This document shows, piece by piece, positions 8,511-16,966 of a stretch of 64,000 nt of DNA. Location of the stretch: IMG/VR virus record IMGVR_UViG_3300011335_000457, positions 1-64,000 of that record; one strand, 5' to 3'. This stretch comes from a virus (Duplodnaviria; Caudoviricetes). Positions within the stretch are counted from its first letter, which is position 1, and every line of letters begins with the position of its first letter. Below the pieces are notes generated by a model. That model was not told the origin of the DNA and did no database searches. It worked only from the letters and a program-made list of their open reading frames with translations. Made by a program: the position numbers and the translations under genes.

Positions 8511-9605
8511 CTAATATAATGAAATATTAAAATCTTTCCAAATAATTTTAGTCTGATCAAATCCTTCAAGTGCTTCCTTAACCCATTTTTCATCCACTGT
8601 ATCCATATAACATAGTATGTGGACAATAGCTTTATCATCTGGGTTTAATCGGAGTAACCTACCTATTCTTTGTGCAGCCTTTCTTTCATTACCATATGCA
8701 TGCATAATAATGCCTTGTCTCAAGTTAGGTATGTTTACACCCTCATTTAACTGCATTACAGTAGATAACTTAGTTATTTCTCCTGCTTTAAACATTCTCA
8801 GATTCTCTTCAGATTCTGGATTCTTGCTATGATAACTGTGTGAACAGAGCATATCAGCTTGTGCTTGAGTATTTGCAAATAAAATACATTTACTATCTAT
8901 GTCACTAAATAGCTTTTTAACATATCTTTCTTTACTTGGATACTCCATTAGAGCTTTCATCCTCATAACTCTCAGCATATGCATGTTTCCACTACCTACA
9001 TCAAGTCTTCTTGACCAGTAAGTATAATTAGATGTCTCAGCTGTAAAGTATGTCTTGTTGGACATTTTAGCTTCATATACTTTCTCATTGCTTAAACTTA
9101 ACTGGTGTACAACAATCTGATAGTCATTTAGTATTCCATTCTCTACAGCATCATCTGCCTTGAATGTAAATACTACAGGACAGAACTCTTGCACTAACCT
9201 ACCCTTCTCTGAGAAACTTCTTTTTGGAGGAGTACCAGTAAGACCGAGGATCTTGCCCTTATAAAGTTGCAAGAAACCCCGGTGACTGTCTAGTAAACTA
9301 TGCATCTCATCCAAATAGACTACATCATAATCAGTAGGCTTGTGTTTATTCAAACTTAGATAAGTAGTGAATACCATTCTACCTAATAATTCTTCTTTTC
9401 CAAATTTCACAGCATCATCTTTCCATGACTGGAAGATTGCTTTCTTTGGTGCTACTACAAGAACTTTCATCAATGGTGTAGTATTATTCTCCAAATGTGT
9501 TAGGCCAACAAGGGTCTTACCGACCCCTGTAGCCAAAACAACAGAACAAGCTCTCCTACCATTAGTAGCTTCTAATGCTTCTCTTTGAATGTCATTTTTG
9601 TTCAT
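8511..9605 (-). CDS. SF2 DExH helicase (UvsW/ResIII-like)
   Basis: LATGVGKT (motif I), DEMH (II), GLTGTP (III), QRIGRLLR (VI). Confidence 0.9.
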   Translation of the reverse strand: MNKNDIQREALEATNGRRACSVVLATGVGKTLVGLTHLENNTTPLMKVLVVAPKKAIFQSWKDDAVKFGKEELLGRMVFTTYLSLNKHKPTDYDVVYLDEMHSLLDSHRGFLQLYKGKILGLTGTPPKRSFSEKGRLVQEFCPVVFTFKADDAVENGILNDYQIVVHQLSLSNEKVYEAKMSNKTYFTAETSNYTYWSRRLDVGSGNMHMLRVMRMKALMEYPSKERYVKKLFSDIDSKCILFANTQAQADMLCSHSYHSKNPESEENLRMFKAGEITKLSTVMQLNEGVNIPNLRQGIIMHAYGNERKAAQRIGRLLRLNPDDKAIVHILCYMDTVDEKWVKEALEGFDQTKIIWKDFNISLY

Positions 9606-9653
9606 ATAATAAATTAATTTTACAAGAATCTAGTCCCTAATAATTAAGTATAC

Positions 9654-9818
9654 TTATTCTGACTTGCAATTTAATTCATTAACTAACATAGCAGTTATTT
9701 CATCTAGTTTACTAATTCCAAAATCATTTTTCATAGACTCACATGATTTAATATCTGTGCTACCTTTTGCTTCTTTGTTACCATCTGTTACGGTAACTGT
9801 AATTTTTAAATTTTCCAT
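9654..9818 (-). CDS. Small protein ending KSE (not in ORF track)
   Basis: MENLKITVTVTDGNKEAKGSTDIKSCESMKNDFGISKLDEITAMLVNELNCKSE. Confidence 0.6.
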   Translation of the reverse strand: MENLKITVTVTDGNKEAKGSTDIKSCESMKNDFGISKLDEITAMLVNELNCKSE

Positions 9819-9885
9819 CTTTATTGTTTTATAAATTTTTTACAAATTAAGTGTATTTTTTTAAAATAACTCATCTTATTTTGAT

Positions 9886-10155
9886 TTAGTAATAATTGTT
9901 GTTGATAATATTACCGTGAATAATTTTTCTTGTTTCTTCTGTATATTCTGAAAAATTAACATCCATACCTAAACCATCTAATATACAAACTTGCCCTCTG
10001 TAAGTATAGAATCCAAGAAGTTCATTATGCTCAGGCTCATTAATGAAGATACTATTATTAAATGTTTTTTCATTTGTTTTATTTCTTCCAATCTTATCTA
10101 GGATTTCTTTTTCATACTCACATGAAGCATGTTGTATTATGTTTTTTCTACTCAT
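9886..10155 (-). CDS. Hypothetical protein
   Basis: 89 aa ORF between two junction repeats. Confidence 0.65.
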   Translation of the reverse strand: MSRKNIIQHASCEYEKEILDKIGRNKTNEKTFNNSIFINEPEHNELLGFYTYRGQVCILDGLGMDVNFSEYTEETRKIIHGNIINNNYY

Positions 10156-10173
10156 CTTATTCTGATTTAAAGG

Positions 10174-10284
10174 TTAAAATTTTATTGATAAAGTTTTTGT
10201 TAGCCAACCAATAGTGATTTCTTTTCTACCATCATTGTACTTATTAAAAGTAAGGAGAGGTAATATTATAAATACTGTTTTCAT
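10174..10284 (-). CDS. 36-aa microprotein
   Basis: MKTVFIILPLLTFNKYNDGRKEITIGWLTKTLSIKF; fills the gap in the array. Confidence 0.5.
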   Translation of the reverse strand: MKTVFIILPLLTFNKYNDGRKEITIGWLTKTLSIKF

Positions 10285-10311
10285 TGTTACAATTTAAAGT
10301 TTTGTTATTAA

Positions 10312-10524
10312 TTAATAATCAGAACCTATTTCAAGTATAGCTATAGCATTTCCTATTGTTATTAATGTTTTTTGTTTTTTTAAAAGTAAATTAAAACAGT
10401 TGTTAATTATTTCTTCTGGTGCATTAGTCTTAATTAAATTATTAAAATCTTCAAGCTCATTATTCCTTTTATTTTCTAAATAAGGAATGTGGTTTTTTAA
10501 TTTATCTACTGCTGTTTGTTTCAT
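10312..10524 (-). CDS. MKQTAV-family small protein
   Basis: Starts MKQTAVDKL directly after a junction repeat. Confidence 0.65.
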   Translation of the reverse strand: MKQTAVDKLKNHIPYLENKRNNELEDFNNLIKTNAPEEIINNCFNLLLKKQKTLITIGNAIAILEIGSDY

Positions 10525-10525
10525 C

Positions 10526-10756
10526 TTATTCTGATTTAGTTTCTAATGCTTTTAATAAGGCATCTGCAAGTCTAACTGCATATAAAGGAACTTCTACTTC
10601 CATTTCATCTATACCATTGTGTCTACCAGGTATAGATCTTACACTTAATCCTGTTGCTATTTGTATAGCAAAGTATTCTCTTTTAGTTAATCCTTCTTGT
10701 AGATATTGCTTTTGAGAATCTACACAAGCAAATGCTCCTTGTTTTCCATTTTCCAT
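10526..10756 (-). CDS. Conserved phage small protein (GLTKREYFA...AVRLADALL family)
   Basis: Widespread phage motif; ends TKSE in a junction repeat. Confidence 0.75.
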   Translation of the reverse strand: MENGKQGAFACVDSQKQYLQEGLTKREYFAIQIATGLSVRSIPGRHNGIDEMEVEVPLYAVRLADALLKALETKSE

Positions 10757-10757
10757 C

Positions 10758-10958
10758 TTATTCTGATTTAAAAGTTAATTCATCTAATTTTATTTGGTAC
10801 TCTTTACCATCTTTGAAGCCTTTTAGGTATTCTTTAGCTCTTTCTGCTTTGTCCATTTCTTTTGCTTGTTCAAACCAATTGTTAATATTACCAACCATTT
10901 CATCAGATGTACAAGTTGAAAATTTATTATATAACCATTCTACTGCTGTATTTTTCAT
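10758..10958 (-). CDS. MKQTAVEWL-family small protein
   Basis: MKNTAVEWL...QAKEMDK...TFKSE. Confidence 0.75.
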   Translation of the reverse strand: MKNTAVEWLYNKFSTCTSDEMVGNINNWFEQAKEMDKAERAKEYLKGFKDGKEYQIKLDELTFKSE

Positions 10959-11152
10959 GATTTTGATTTAAAGTTTATTATTTCTTGTTTAACTTGCTGC
11001 CAATCATACTTTTCTTCAACCGCTTTTAATATTTCATCAATTGCTATTAATGCACATTGTTTAGAATACGGATAATTTACAGAACAAAATATATCATTGT
11101 CTAATATTACAAATTTATCCACTAACTCTTTTGCTTTCTCTTTAGGTGTCAT
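10955..11152 (-). CDS. Conserved phage small protein (MTPKEKAKEL family)
   Basis: MTPKEKAKELVDKF...KQCALIAIDEIL...WQQVKQEI. Confidence 0.75.
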   Translation of the reverse strand: MTPKEKAKELVDKFVILDNDIFCSVNYPYSKQCALIAIDEILKAVEEKYDWQQVKQEIINFKSKS

Positions 11153-11190
11153 ATATTATGATTTAAAGGTTATTTATTTTTTTAAATTTT

Positions 11191-11286
11191 TAATAAATTA
11201 TTTTACCATCCAAAAACAGCATATAAAAACCATATCAAAAAAGCTGCAAATCCCATTGAAATATACCAATCCATAAAATTGCTCAT
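11191..11286 (-). CDS. Membrane microprotein
   Basis: MSNFMDWYISMGFAAFLIWFLYAVLDGKIIY, a single hydrophobic helix. Confidence 0.45.
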
Positions 11287-11358
11287 AACATTCCTGAAAT
11301 TATCACTTTTGCAGAATTTTATTAGTTTTTGTACCTGTTTTGTAATATTATTTTTCAT

Positions 11359-11601
11359 TTATTCTGATTTAGTTTCTAATTTAATCCAATCTTCAAAGTT
11401 TAATATTTTCATATCCTTCCTGTCACATCTTATTGCAAATTCAGCATATTTATGTGACTGCTCCTTCTCCATTGCTTTGACTTGTTCTTGTACAGATTTC
11501 AATCTTTCCCAATAAGTTTTCTTGTCAATTAGCTTCATATCAAATTCTTGGTCTATATATAACCATTCGTTACATAACCACTCTACTGCTGTCTGTTTCA
11601 T
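11359..11601 (-). CDS. MKQTAVEWL-family small protein
   Basis: MKQTAVEWL...QVKAMEKEQ...TKSE. Confidence 0.75.
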   Translation of the reverse strand: MKQTAVEWLCNEWLYIDQEFDMKLIDKKTYWERLKSVQEQVKAMEKEQSHKYAEFAIRCDRKDMKILNFEDWIKLETKSE

Positions 11602-11603
11602 TT

Positions 11604-11708
11604 TTATTTTTTTAAGTTAATAATTTCACCAGTTCCTAATACTACACTACATTTCTGTCTGCCATCAGTAGCTTTAATTGCTTCTTCTTGGACTTGATCT
11701 TTTGTCAT
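11604..11708 (-). pseudogene. Truncated 5' remnant of an SF2 helicase gene
   Basis: MTKDQVQEEAIKATDGRQKCSVVLGTG aligns with helicase N-terminus MNKNDIQREALEATNGRRACSVVLATG, then breaks before GKT. Confidence 0.7.
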
Positions 11709-11709
11709 T

Positions 11710-12459
11710 TTAAATTAAATTAAATACATTTCTTTGGATAAACTGATTAGCCTCAGATACATCTGTCATAGCTTTAATAATCTTGATGTTATCATCAATG
11801 TTCTGAAGAGTAGCTTTATGGTCATAATTTTTACTATTATAGGCCTGAATAAATACTCTCAAGAAATTGTGCTTAACCCATCTGTCAGCTTTACCAATCT
11901 TAATAAACAAATCACTAAAGTCTTTACACATTGCTTGTGCTCTAGCATTAGTAACTCTAAAGTTACCATTTTTAATAAGCTCACTTGCTGCATAAACACC
12001 ATTATATGAATCTGCATTATTACAGATACCAGCAATCATCAGTGGTTCAAGATTATACAATTCTTTGTACTTTTTAAGTGTAAGATAATCTGGATGAATA
12101 AATTTCCATGCATTTACATAATCCATAAGTTTCCAAGACTTAGATGAATTATTATAAAAAGCCATTTTTCTAACTATATCATCCTCATCTATAATCTCAA
12201 TATACCTATACTCTATAGGAAGACCCTCTCTTTGACAAGCATGTACTAAATGTTGACCATCAATAATGAATGTTTTTAGTTCACCGTCAATGCAGTTTGT
12301 TTTAATACATATTACTTGTCTTGTAACTCCCATCTCACGGATGCTTTGCACTAATGCTTCTACTTGTTTAGAATCAATAGTTCTGTTCATTGGTAAATAG
12401 TTAAACAGTGTATAATCTGTTGTAACTGCAATTTGAATAAATCCTTTTTTCATAATCAT
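11710..12459 (-). CDS. ParB/sulfiredoxin-like N-terminal domain protein
   Basis: NRTIDSKQVEALVQSIREMG...FIIDGQHLVHAC...GLPIEY. Confidence 0.75.
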   Translation of the reverse strand: MIMKKGFIQIAVTTDYTLFNYLPMNRTIDSKQVEALVQSIREMGVTRQVICIKTNCIDGELKTFIIDGQHLVHACQREGLPIEYRYIEIIDEDDIVRKMAFYNNSSKSWKLMDYVNAWKFIHPDYLTLKKYKELYNLEPLMIAGICNNADSYNGVYAASELIKNGNFRVTNARAQAMCKDFSDLFIKIGKADRWVKHNFLRVFIQAYNSKNYDHKATLQNIDDNIKIIKAMTDVSEANQFIQRNVFNLI

Positions 12460-12481
12460 AAATTTTTAAATCATTAATAAA

Positions 12482-12757
12482 TCAGTACTTTTTTAATATC
12501 TCATTTATTACAGCACTGTCCTCAATAGATATTGCTAAATAAAGCTCTGAGAGCTTGTCTACATTATTATTAAACTCCTCTTCAGATTTGGAAATATATT
12601 TAGGCAAAACTCTATTTGCTTTAATTACTTCATTGTCTACAAGGTATTCAACAACTGCTTCTAATTCTTTTTCACTACACTCATCTAGAATATCTGCAAT
12701 GTCTACATCCACATATTCATCAACATCTATTGTAGTTGTAAGTTGAACTTCCGGCAT
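12482..12757 (-). CDS. Acidic hypothetical protein
   Basis: 91 aa, D/E-rich N-half. Confidence 0.7.
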   Translation of the reverse strand: MPEVQLTTTIDVDEYVDVDIADILDECSEKELEAVVEYLVDNEVIKANRVLPKYISKSEEEFNNNVDKLSELYLAISIEDSAVINEILKKY

Positions 12758-12767
12758 ACTTTTTATT

Positions 12768-12947
12768 TTAAATCTTCTCTGTCTTAATTAAAAGACTGTT
12801 TGCATATAAGGTGTTCTTAAATGCGGCAATAGCAAGCTTCCCAGCTTCAAGTTTGCCATCTTTGTTAAAATTTTCATAAGCCTTGTTGCCAATCACTTCT
12901 GATTTGTCTGCAACATCTTTGATCTGTTTTGTGTTTACTTTACTCAT
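12768..12947 (-). CDS. Hypothetical helical protein
   Basis: Start MSKVNTKQIKDV; coupled to the upstream gene end. Confidence 0.65.
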   Translation of the reverse strand: MSKVNTKQIKDVADKSEVIGNKAYENFNKDGKLEAGKLAIAAFKNTLYANSLLIKTEKI

Positions 12948-13584
12948 ACATTTGGTTCTTAAGTTTACGTTTAATAATAATCTGTTTTTTTTTGATCTCA
13001 ATTAAATTGGGTGTAATATCTTCAGGACTAAGACACCGTATAGAATTAAGTATAAGAGTTTTAATGTAATTATCATCAAGATTTCTTCTTGCAATACTAG
13101 CTAAATGTGCACTAATTTTATCATTTTGAAATATAGAAAACTCTTCTAATTCCATTGTTGAATATGATAACTTACAAAATTGATCAATACCATATCTACA
13201 ATGTTTACATCTATCTATTCTTTTCTTATCTTTTGATAAACCTATGCATTCATTTTTTTCAGTAAGTTGACTACCACATGTCTTACATACTGTTGGTTCC
13301 TTTTTTAGTGCCCTAATAGTTGCTCTTCTAGTCCCTATTACTCTTTTGTAATATGATCTCTTTTCTAATAGTTTTCTTTGTCTTATTGAAAGTTCTCTAA
13401 GTTCAGGATCACTATACTCAACTCTGCACCATTTAGCATTTCTTATACAATACTTACATTTCTTTCCTATATGACCAAAAGTATTATCAGGATTTTTGCT
13501 TAATATCCATGTTCTTTGTGTTAAGTCAACAGTACATACACTACAGTTTTTACTAACTTGTTTTATTTCCATAACTAGATGCAA
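12940..13584 (-). CDS. Multi-CxxC (zinc finger) hypothetical protein
   Basis: CSVC, CKYC, CKTC, CKHC; C-terminal DDNYIK...ITPNLIEIKKKQI motif. Confidence 0.65.
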   Translation of the reverse strand: MHLVMEIKQVSKNCSVCTVDLTQRTWILSKNPDNTFGHIGKKCKYCIRNAKWCRVEYSDPELRELSIRQRKLLEKRSYYKRVIGTRRATIRALKKEPTVCKTCGSQLTEKNECIGLSKDKKRIDRCKHCRYGIDQFCKLSYSTMELEEFSIFQNDKISAHLASIARRNLDDNYIKTLILNSIRCLSPEDITPNLIEIKKKQIIIKRKLKNQMYE

Positions 13585-13989
13585 TCATTTTAACCATCCC
13601 ATAGTTCTAGCTTCTGCTGGATTATTGTGGATATGGTTGTGACATACTCTACAAACAGATAAAAATGTGGATTGCACTAAGTAAAAAGCATTTCTATTAC
13701 TTCCAGCAAATGTGTGGTGAATATCAGTTGCATTATGCATGCACTCTGATACTCTTACCATACATAAAGGATTCTCTGTTAGATATCTTTGTCTTAGTTT
13801 GCTATACTCAGCATCTTTCTTTGCCCTTTTAGCGGAGACACGGGGGATTTCAGAACTTGTTGGTTTCTGTATATTTTCTCCGCTTTTGTGGCAACTCCAG
13901 CAGTTTTTGCATAATTTTAATCCCCCAGTTCCACTGCTTTTCCAGATTACTGAATCCTTTCCGCACCCATCACATACTTTTAACTTCAT
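13585..13989 (-). CDS. HNH endonuclease (NinG-like) with N-terminal zinc finger
   Basis: CDGC...CKNC; LCMVRVSECMHNATDIHH...LSVCRVCHNHIH. Confidence 0.75.
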   Translation of the reverse strand: MKLKVCDGCGKDSVIWKSSGTGGLKLCKNCWSCHKSGENIQKPTSSEIPRVSAKRAKKDAEYSKLRQRYLTENPLCMVRVSECMHNATDIHHTFAGSNRNAFYLVQSTFLSVCRVCHNHIHNNPAEARTMGWLK

Positions 13990-14455
13990 GTTTTAATCTT
14001 GGTAATTGATTTGGGTCTCTCTCTAAACTTAAAAAGTTTTTAGGTAGTACTCCCTCTGCTATAAAGATACTAATAATATCTTTTTTCTCAATACCTAAAT
14101 CTTTAAAAGTTAGTGTGTTCTTAAACTTGTCATCTGTCTCAGTATTAGCCAGTAAGGCATCTGTAAGAGGACTGTTTGGGAACAATGTTTTGAACAAAAG
14201 ATTAGTATACTGTATAGTAAACTCTTGTTTAAGTTTATTGATAACTACTTGAGCTCTCTTATAAACATTAATAACTCTTTGTCTCTTTTTGCTACACATA
14301 GTAGCTAGTTCTTGTTCTGAAAGTGCACTTAGACCATAAAGTGCTCTTTTATAAAGATAATTCTGGTACTCTGAATAACTGTCTGTTTCATATTGCATAT
14401 AGGTCTTACCTGCATACAATTGATAATCTTTAATCTGTTGTTTTAACTTTTCCAT
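13970..14455 (-). CDS. Conserved hypothetical protein
   Basis: 161 aa ORF, YQNYLYKRALYGL motif. Confidence 0.7.
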   Translation of the reverse strand: MEKLKQQIKDYQLYAGKTYMQYETDSYSEYQNYLYKRALYGLSALSEQELATMCSKKRQRVINVYKRAQVVINKLKQEFTIQYTNLLFKTLFPNSPLTDALLANTETDDKFKNTLTFKDLGIEKKDIISIFIAEGVLPKNFLSLERDPNQLPRLKHEVKSM

Positions 14456-14478
14456 TTTTATACATTTTTAATCATAAA

Positions 14479-14508
14479 TAAAAAGAGAGGGATATTTCTA
14501 CCCCTCTC
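14479..14508 (-). terminator. Intrinsic terminator
   Basis: GAGAGGGG-TAGAAATAT-CCCTCTC followed by TTTTT on minus strand after 14531..15010. Confidence 0.75.
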
Positions 14509-14530
14509 ATACTAACTAACTTAGACTATC

Positions 14531-15010
14531 TTAGATAGATAAATCTTCAGTTGGACGTGCATTGTTTATAGCACTTGATGTACCTGATTGCAAAGCATAT
14601 GCCTCACGCAATTGATCAACATTATCATGTTTGATAAGTGTATCTTGAGCATTAGATGCTGATGAGTATACAGTTTTACGGAAGATAGGTGCACCTTCAA
14701 ATGTGCAAATAATACCTGTAGAACCTGCTACTTTAAGATCACGCTCAGGAGATTTTGCATTAAATGGCTCTAAAGCTTCTTTAATAACAATTTGACCTGG
14801 TAATTCTTGTCCAGCATAAAAATTCATAGCTTTCAATTCATTGATATCACCATGTATTAATGTGCTAACTGGTTTTCTACGCAAGAAACCATTGTCATCA
14901 ATGACAGATCTTACTTGCTCTAATCTAACATAACCAAATTGTGCATTACCAGATAATGTAATGATAGATCCTGTAGTAGCATCAGCTACAACTTTAACTT
15001 TTGTGTTCAT
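14531..15010 (-). CDS. Conserved beta-rich protein, possible OB-fold ssDNA-binding protein
   Basis: FGYVRLEQVR...LPGQIVIKE...GIICTFEGAPIFRKT; fold assignment is inference. Confidence 0.5.
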   Translation of the reverse strand: MNTKVKVVADATTGSIITLSGNAQFGYVRLEQVRSVIDDNGFLRRKPVSTLIHGDINELKAMNFYAGQELPGQIVIKEALEPFNAKSPERDLKVAGSTGIICTFEGAPIFRKTVYSSASNAQDTLIKHDNVDQLREAYALQSGTSSAINNARPTEDLSI

Positions 15011-15125
15011 AACCTTAAGTTTTAAAATAAATAAATAAATAATTGATTGTTTGAGTTGATTTTACTATATCATTAGTTACTCTTACTAAGTGATAAGTGC
15101 TTAATACCTTATTGCAATTCAGGTA

Positions 15126-15395
15126 TTATATGTCCAAAGGGCCCGATAAATCTATAATATCATCAAATGGGTCATCATCTGATATTACATTGTCTTCACT
15201 TTCATCATCTGCTAGATAATCAAAGTCATAATATTTCTCTTGTTTGTTGTCCTCTACTGCTGAGCCATTGAATGGGTCTCTTACATACTCACCATACTCT
15301 ATTGATATGAGGTATTGTATATCTTCATCAGTCATATCAAGGAACTGATCTAGGGATAAATTAATTACTTTACCATTTGGTAATTGATACTGCAT
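15126..15395 (-). CDS. Highly acidic protein (candidate DNA mimic)
   Basis: 25 D/E versus 4 K/R in 89 aa (hand count). Confidence 0.7.
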   Translation of the reverse strand: MQYQLPNGKVINLSLDQFLDMTDEDIQYLISIEYGEYVRDPFNGSAVEDNKQEKYYDFDYLADDESEDNVISDDDPFDDIIDLSGPLDI

Positions 15396-15488
15396 TGAGG
15401 CATAAAAAATATGCTAGTAAATGTAGTGCATTTAATTTAACACCTAAAGTTTAAACCAATAAAATTTAGCAATATATAGCTAAACAAT

Positions 15489-15510
15489 AAAGAGGGGAAT
15501 CTCACCCCTC
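15489..15510 (-). terminator. Intrinsic terminator-like hairpin
   Basis: GAGGGG-TGAGATT-CCCCTC-TTT on minus strand. Confidence 0.55.
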
Positions 15511-15547
15511 CGTATTTTGGTCAGGAAAAGTGTAACAGATACACTTC

Positions 15548-15967
15548 TTAAAATTCCTCAATAACTTCTAAATCCTTTTCTGCTATATAATCAGTATTTA
15601 CTTTAGTTGTGCCAGCTGCTATAACTCCAGTATATTCAACAACATACTCACTATACTGATGATAACCTCTGAATTCCTTTACAGTTATTACAATCTTATC
15701 ATCCATATCAGCAAACTTCTGTCTGGTAGCTTCCTTATCTATACCATAACCAAGGTTATTAATAGACATTTTGCATAATGTACCATTAGGTATAATATAC
15801 GGCAACTTATTACCAATCATCAGCTTAAAGAAATGATTCACACCTTGTGAGCTATCACATATCATAGGAGTAAGTAACTTAACAAACTCCTCAGAATTAG
15901 AGTCCTTGATGATCTTACTGAGAGCTTTTGCTACATCAGTATCATCATATGTAACACTCACTTTCAT
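15548..15967 (-). CDS. Hypothetical protein
   Basis: 139 aa ORF starting in a junction repeat. Confidence 0.7.
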   Translation of the reverse strand: MKVSVTYDDTDVAKALSKIIKDSNSEEFVKLLTPMICDSSQGVNHFFKLMIGNKLPYIIPNGTLCKMSINNLGYGIDKEATRQKFADMDDKIVITVKEFRGYHQYSEYVVEYTGVIAAGTTKVNTDYIAEKDLEVIEEF

Positions 15968-16255
15968 TTATTCTGATTTAAAGGTTAATAATTCAAGTGC
16001 TTTTTGAAAGCCAACCATATAAGTATTTTGAATTGTGGCGGCATATATACTGGTATCGTATTCCTTTGGGTCTGCTAATTGTTGGATTGCAAACTCTTTA
16101 GCTAACTCTTCTAAATTATAATCTGACATAGTTAAATATTGCTCCTTCTCCATTGCTTTGGCTTGTTCCCAATCAATGTTAGCTATAAATTTCTCATAAG
16201 TATTGCGAGAGTTATATATCTCTCTTAACCATTCTATTACTGTCTGTTTTGTCAT
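15968..16255 (-). CDS. MKQTAVEWL-family small protein
   Basis: MTKQTVIEWL...QAKAMEKEQ...TFKSE. Confidence 0.75.
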   Translation of the reverse strand: MTKQTVIEWLREIYNSRNTYEKFIANIDWEQAKAMEKEQYLTMSDYNLEELAKEFAIQQLADPKEYDTSIYAATIQNTYMVGFQKALELLTFKSE

Positions 16256-16460
16256 TTTTTTCTGATTTAAAGGTTTCGTTGTAGTATTGTTCTGCTTCTT
16301 CTTTGTCCAAAAACTTTTGTGTTTGTTTATGGAAAGCCTCTATTATCTGCTCCTTCTCCATTGCTTTGGCTTGGTTAATAATTTCTTCAAAATGTTTATA
16401 TGGCATACCAATGCTATTTTTTAATTCACTTTCTAACCACTCTACTGCTGTCTGTTTCAT
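16212..16460 (-). CDS. MKQTAVEWL-family small protein (junction stop lost, reads through)
   Basis: MKQTAVEWL...QAKAMEKEQ...TFKSE-KND; TAA of the junction replaced by AAA. Confidence 0.75.
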   Translation of the reverse strand: MKQTAVEWLESELKNSIGMPYKHFEEIINQAKAMEKEQIIEAFHKQTQKFLDKEEAEQYYNETFKSEKNDKTDSNRMVKRDI

Positions 16461-16930
16461 TTGATTATAATTTCAGGGTTATTAATATTTTTATTTTCCT
16501 TTAAGTACTTAACTGCAGCTTCTATTGAGCTGTGTGTTTTATACGGAGACAATGGTAATACTCCACTTTTTTCATCATAGACATGTACATGGTTATTACA
16601 AGTGAATGTTACAACTAGTTCACTTCCTAATATTTTCTTTACTGTTGTTGTTTTAACATCTTGATTTAAACAATGAGCATACTTATTTAAGTTATCAAAT
16701 GTTGCTCCTGATTCAGTCATAATATAATTATGCTGAGTAGTAACTAAAGCTAATACTCCAGTTGAATCTCCAGTAACAAAAGCAAAGATATTTTCATCAT
16801 CCCTACCATTCATCTCTAAATATTCATTAAACTCTTTTTCACTTTCCCTTGTTACTAAAGTGTAACCCTTTCCTAGGCTAATATTCATCTCATACTTGCC
16901 CTTTTTACTGATTTTTCTTAATGTATACAT
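16457..16930 (-). CDS. Hypothetical protein
   Basis: 157 aa ORF. Confidence 0.65.
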   Translation of the reverse strand: MYTLRKISKKGKYEMNISLGKGYTLVTRESEKEFNEYLEMNGRDDENIFAFVTGDSTGVLALVTTQHNYIMTESGATFDNLNKYAHCLNQDVKTTTVKKILGSELVVTFTCNNHVHVYDEKSGVLPLSPYKTHSSIEAAVKYLKENKNINNPEIIIK

Positions 16931-16966
16931 ATATATATTTATTTATTTGTGTGATTAGATACAGAA

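Larger units (their letters stand above)
5020..16275 (-). repeat. Dispersed gene-junction repeat AAATCAGAATAA(G)ATG, 11 copies
   Basis: Plus-strand CATCTTATTCTGATTT or variants at 5020, 5189, 9651, 9872, 10153, 10522, 10754, 10956, 11356, 15965, 16253; a partial copy at 11156. Confidence 0.85.

Noticed and set aside
8511-8638. Longer start for the ClpS ORF (8638)
   Set aside because: The extension overlaps the helicase 3' end; ClpS similarity begins at MEDNK (8506)
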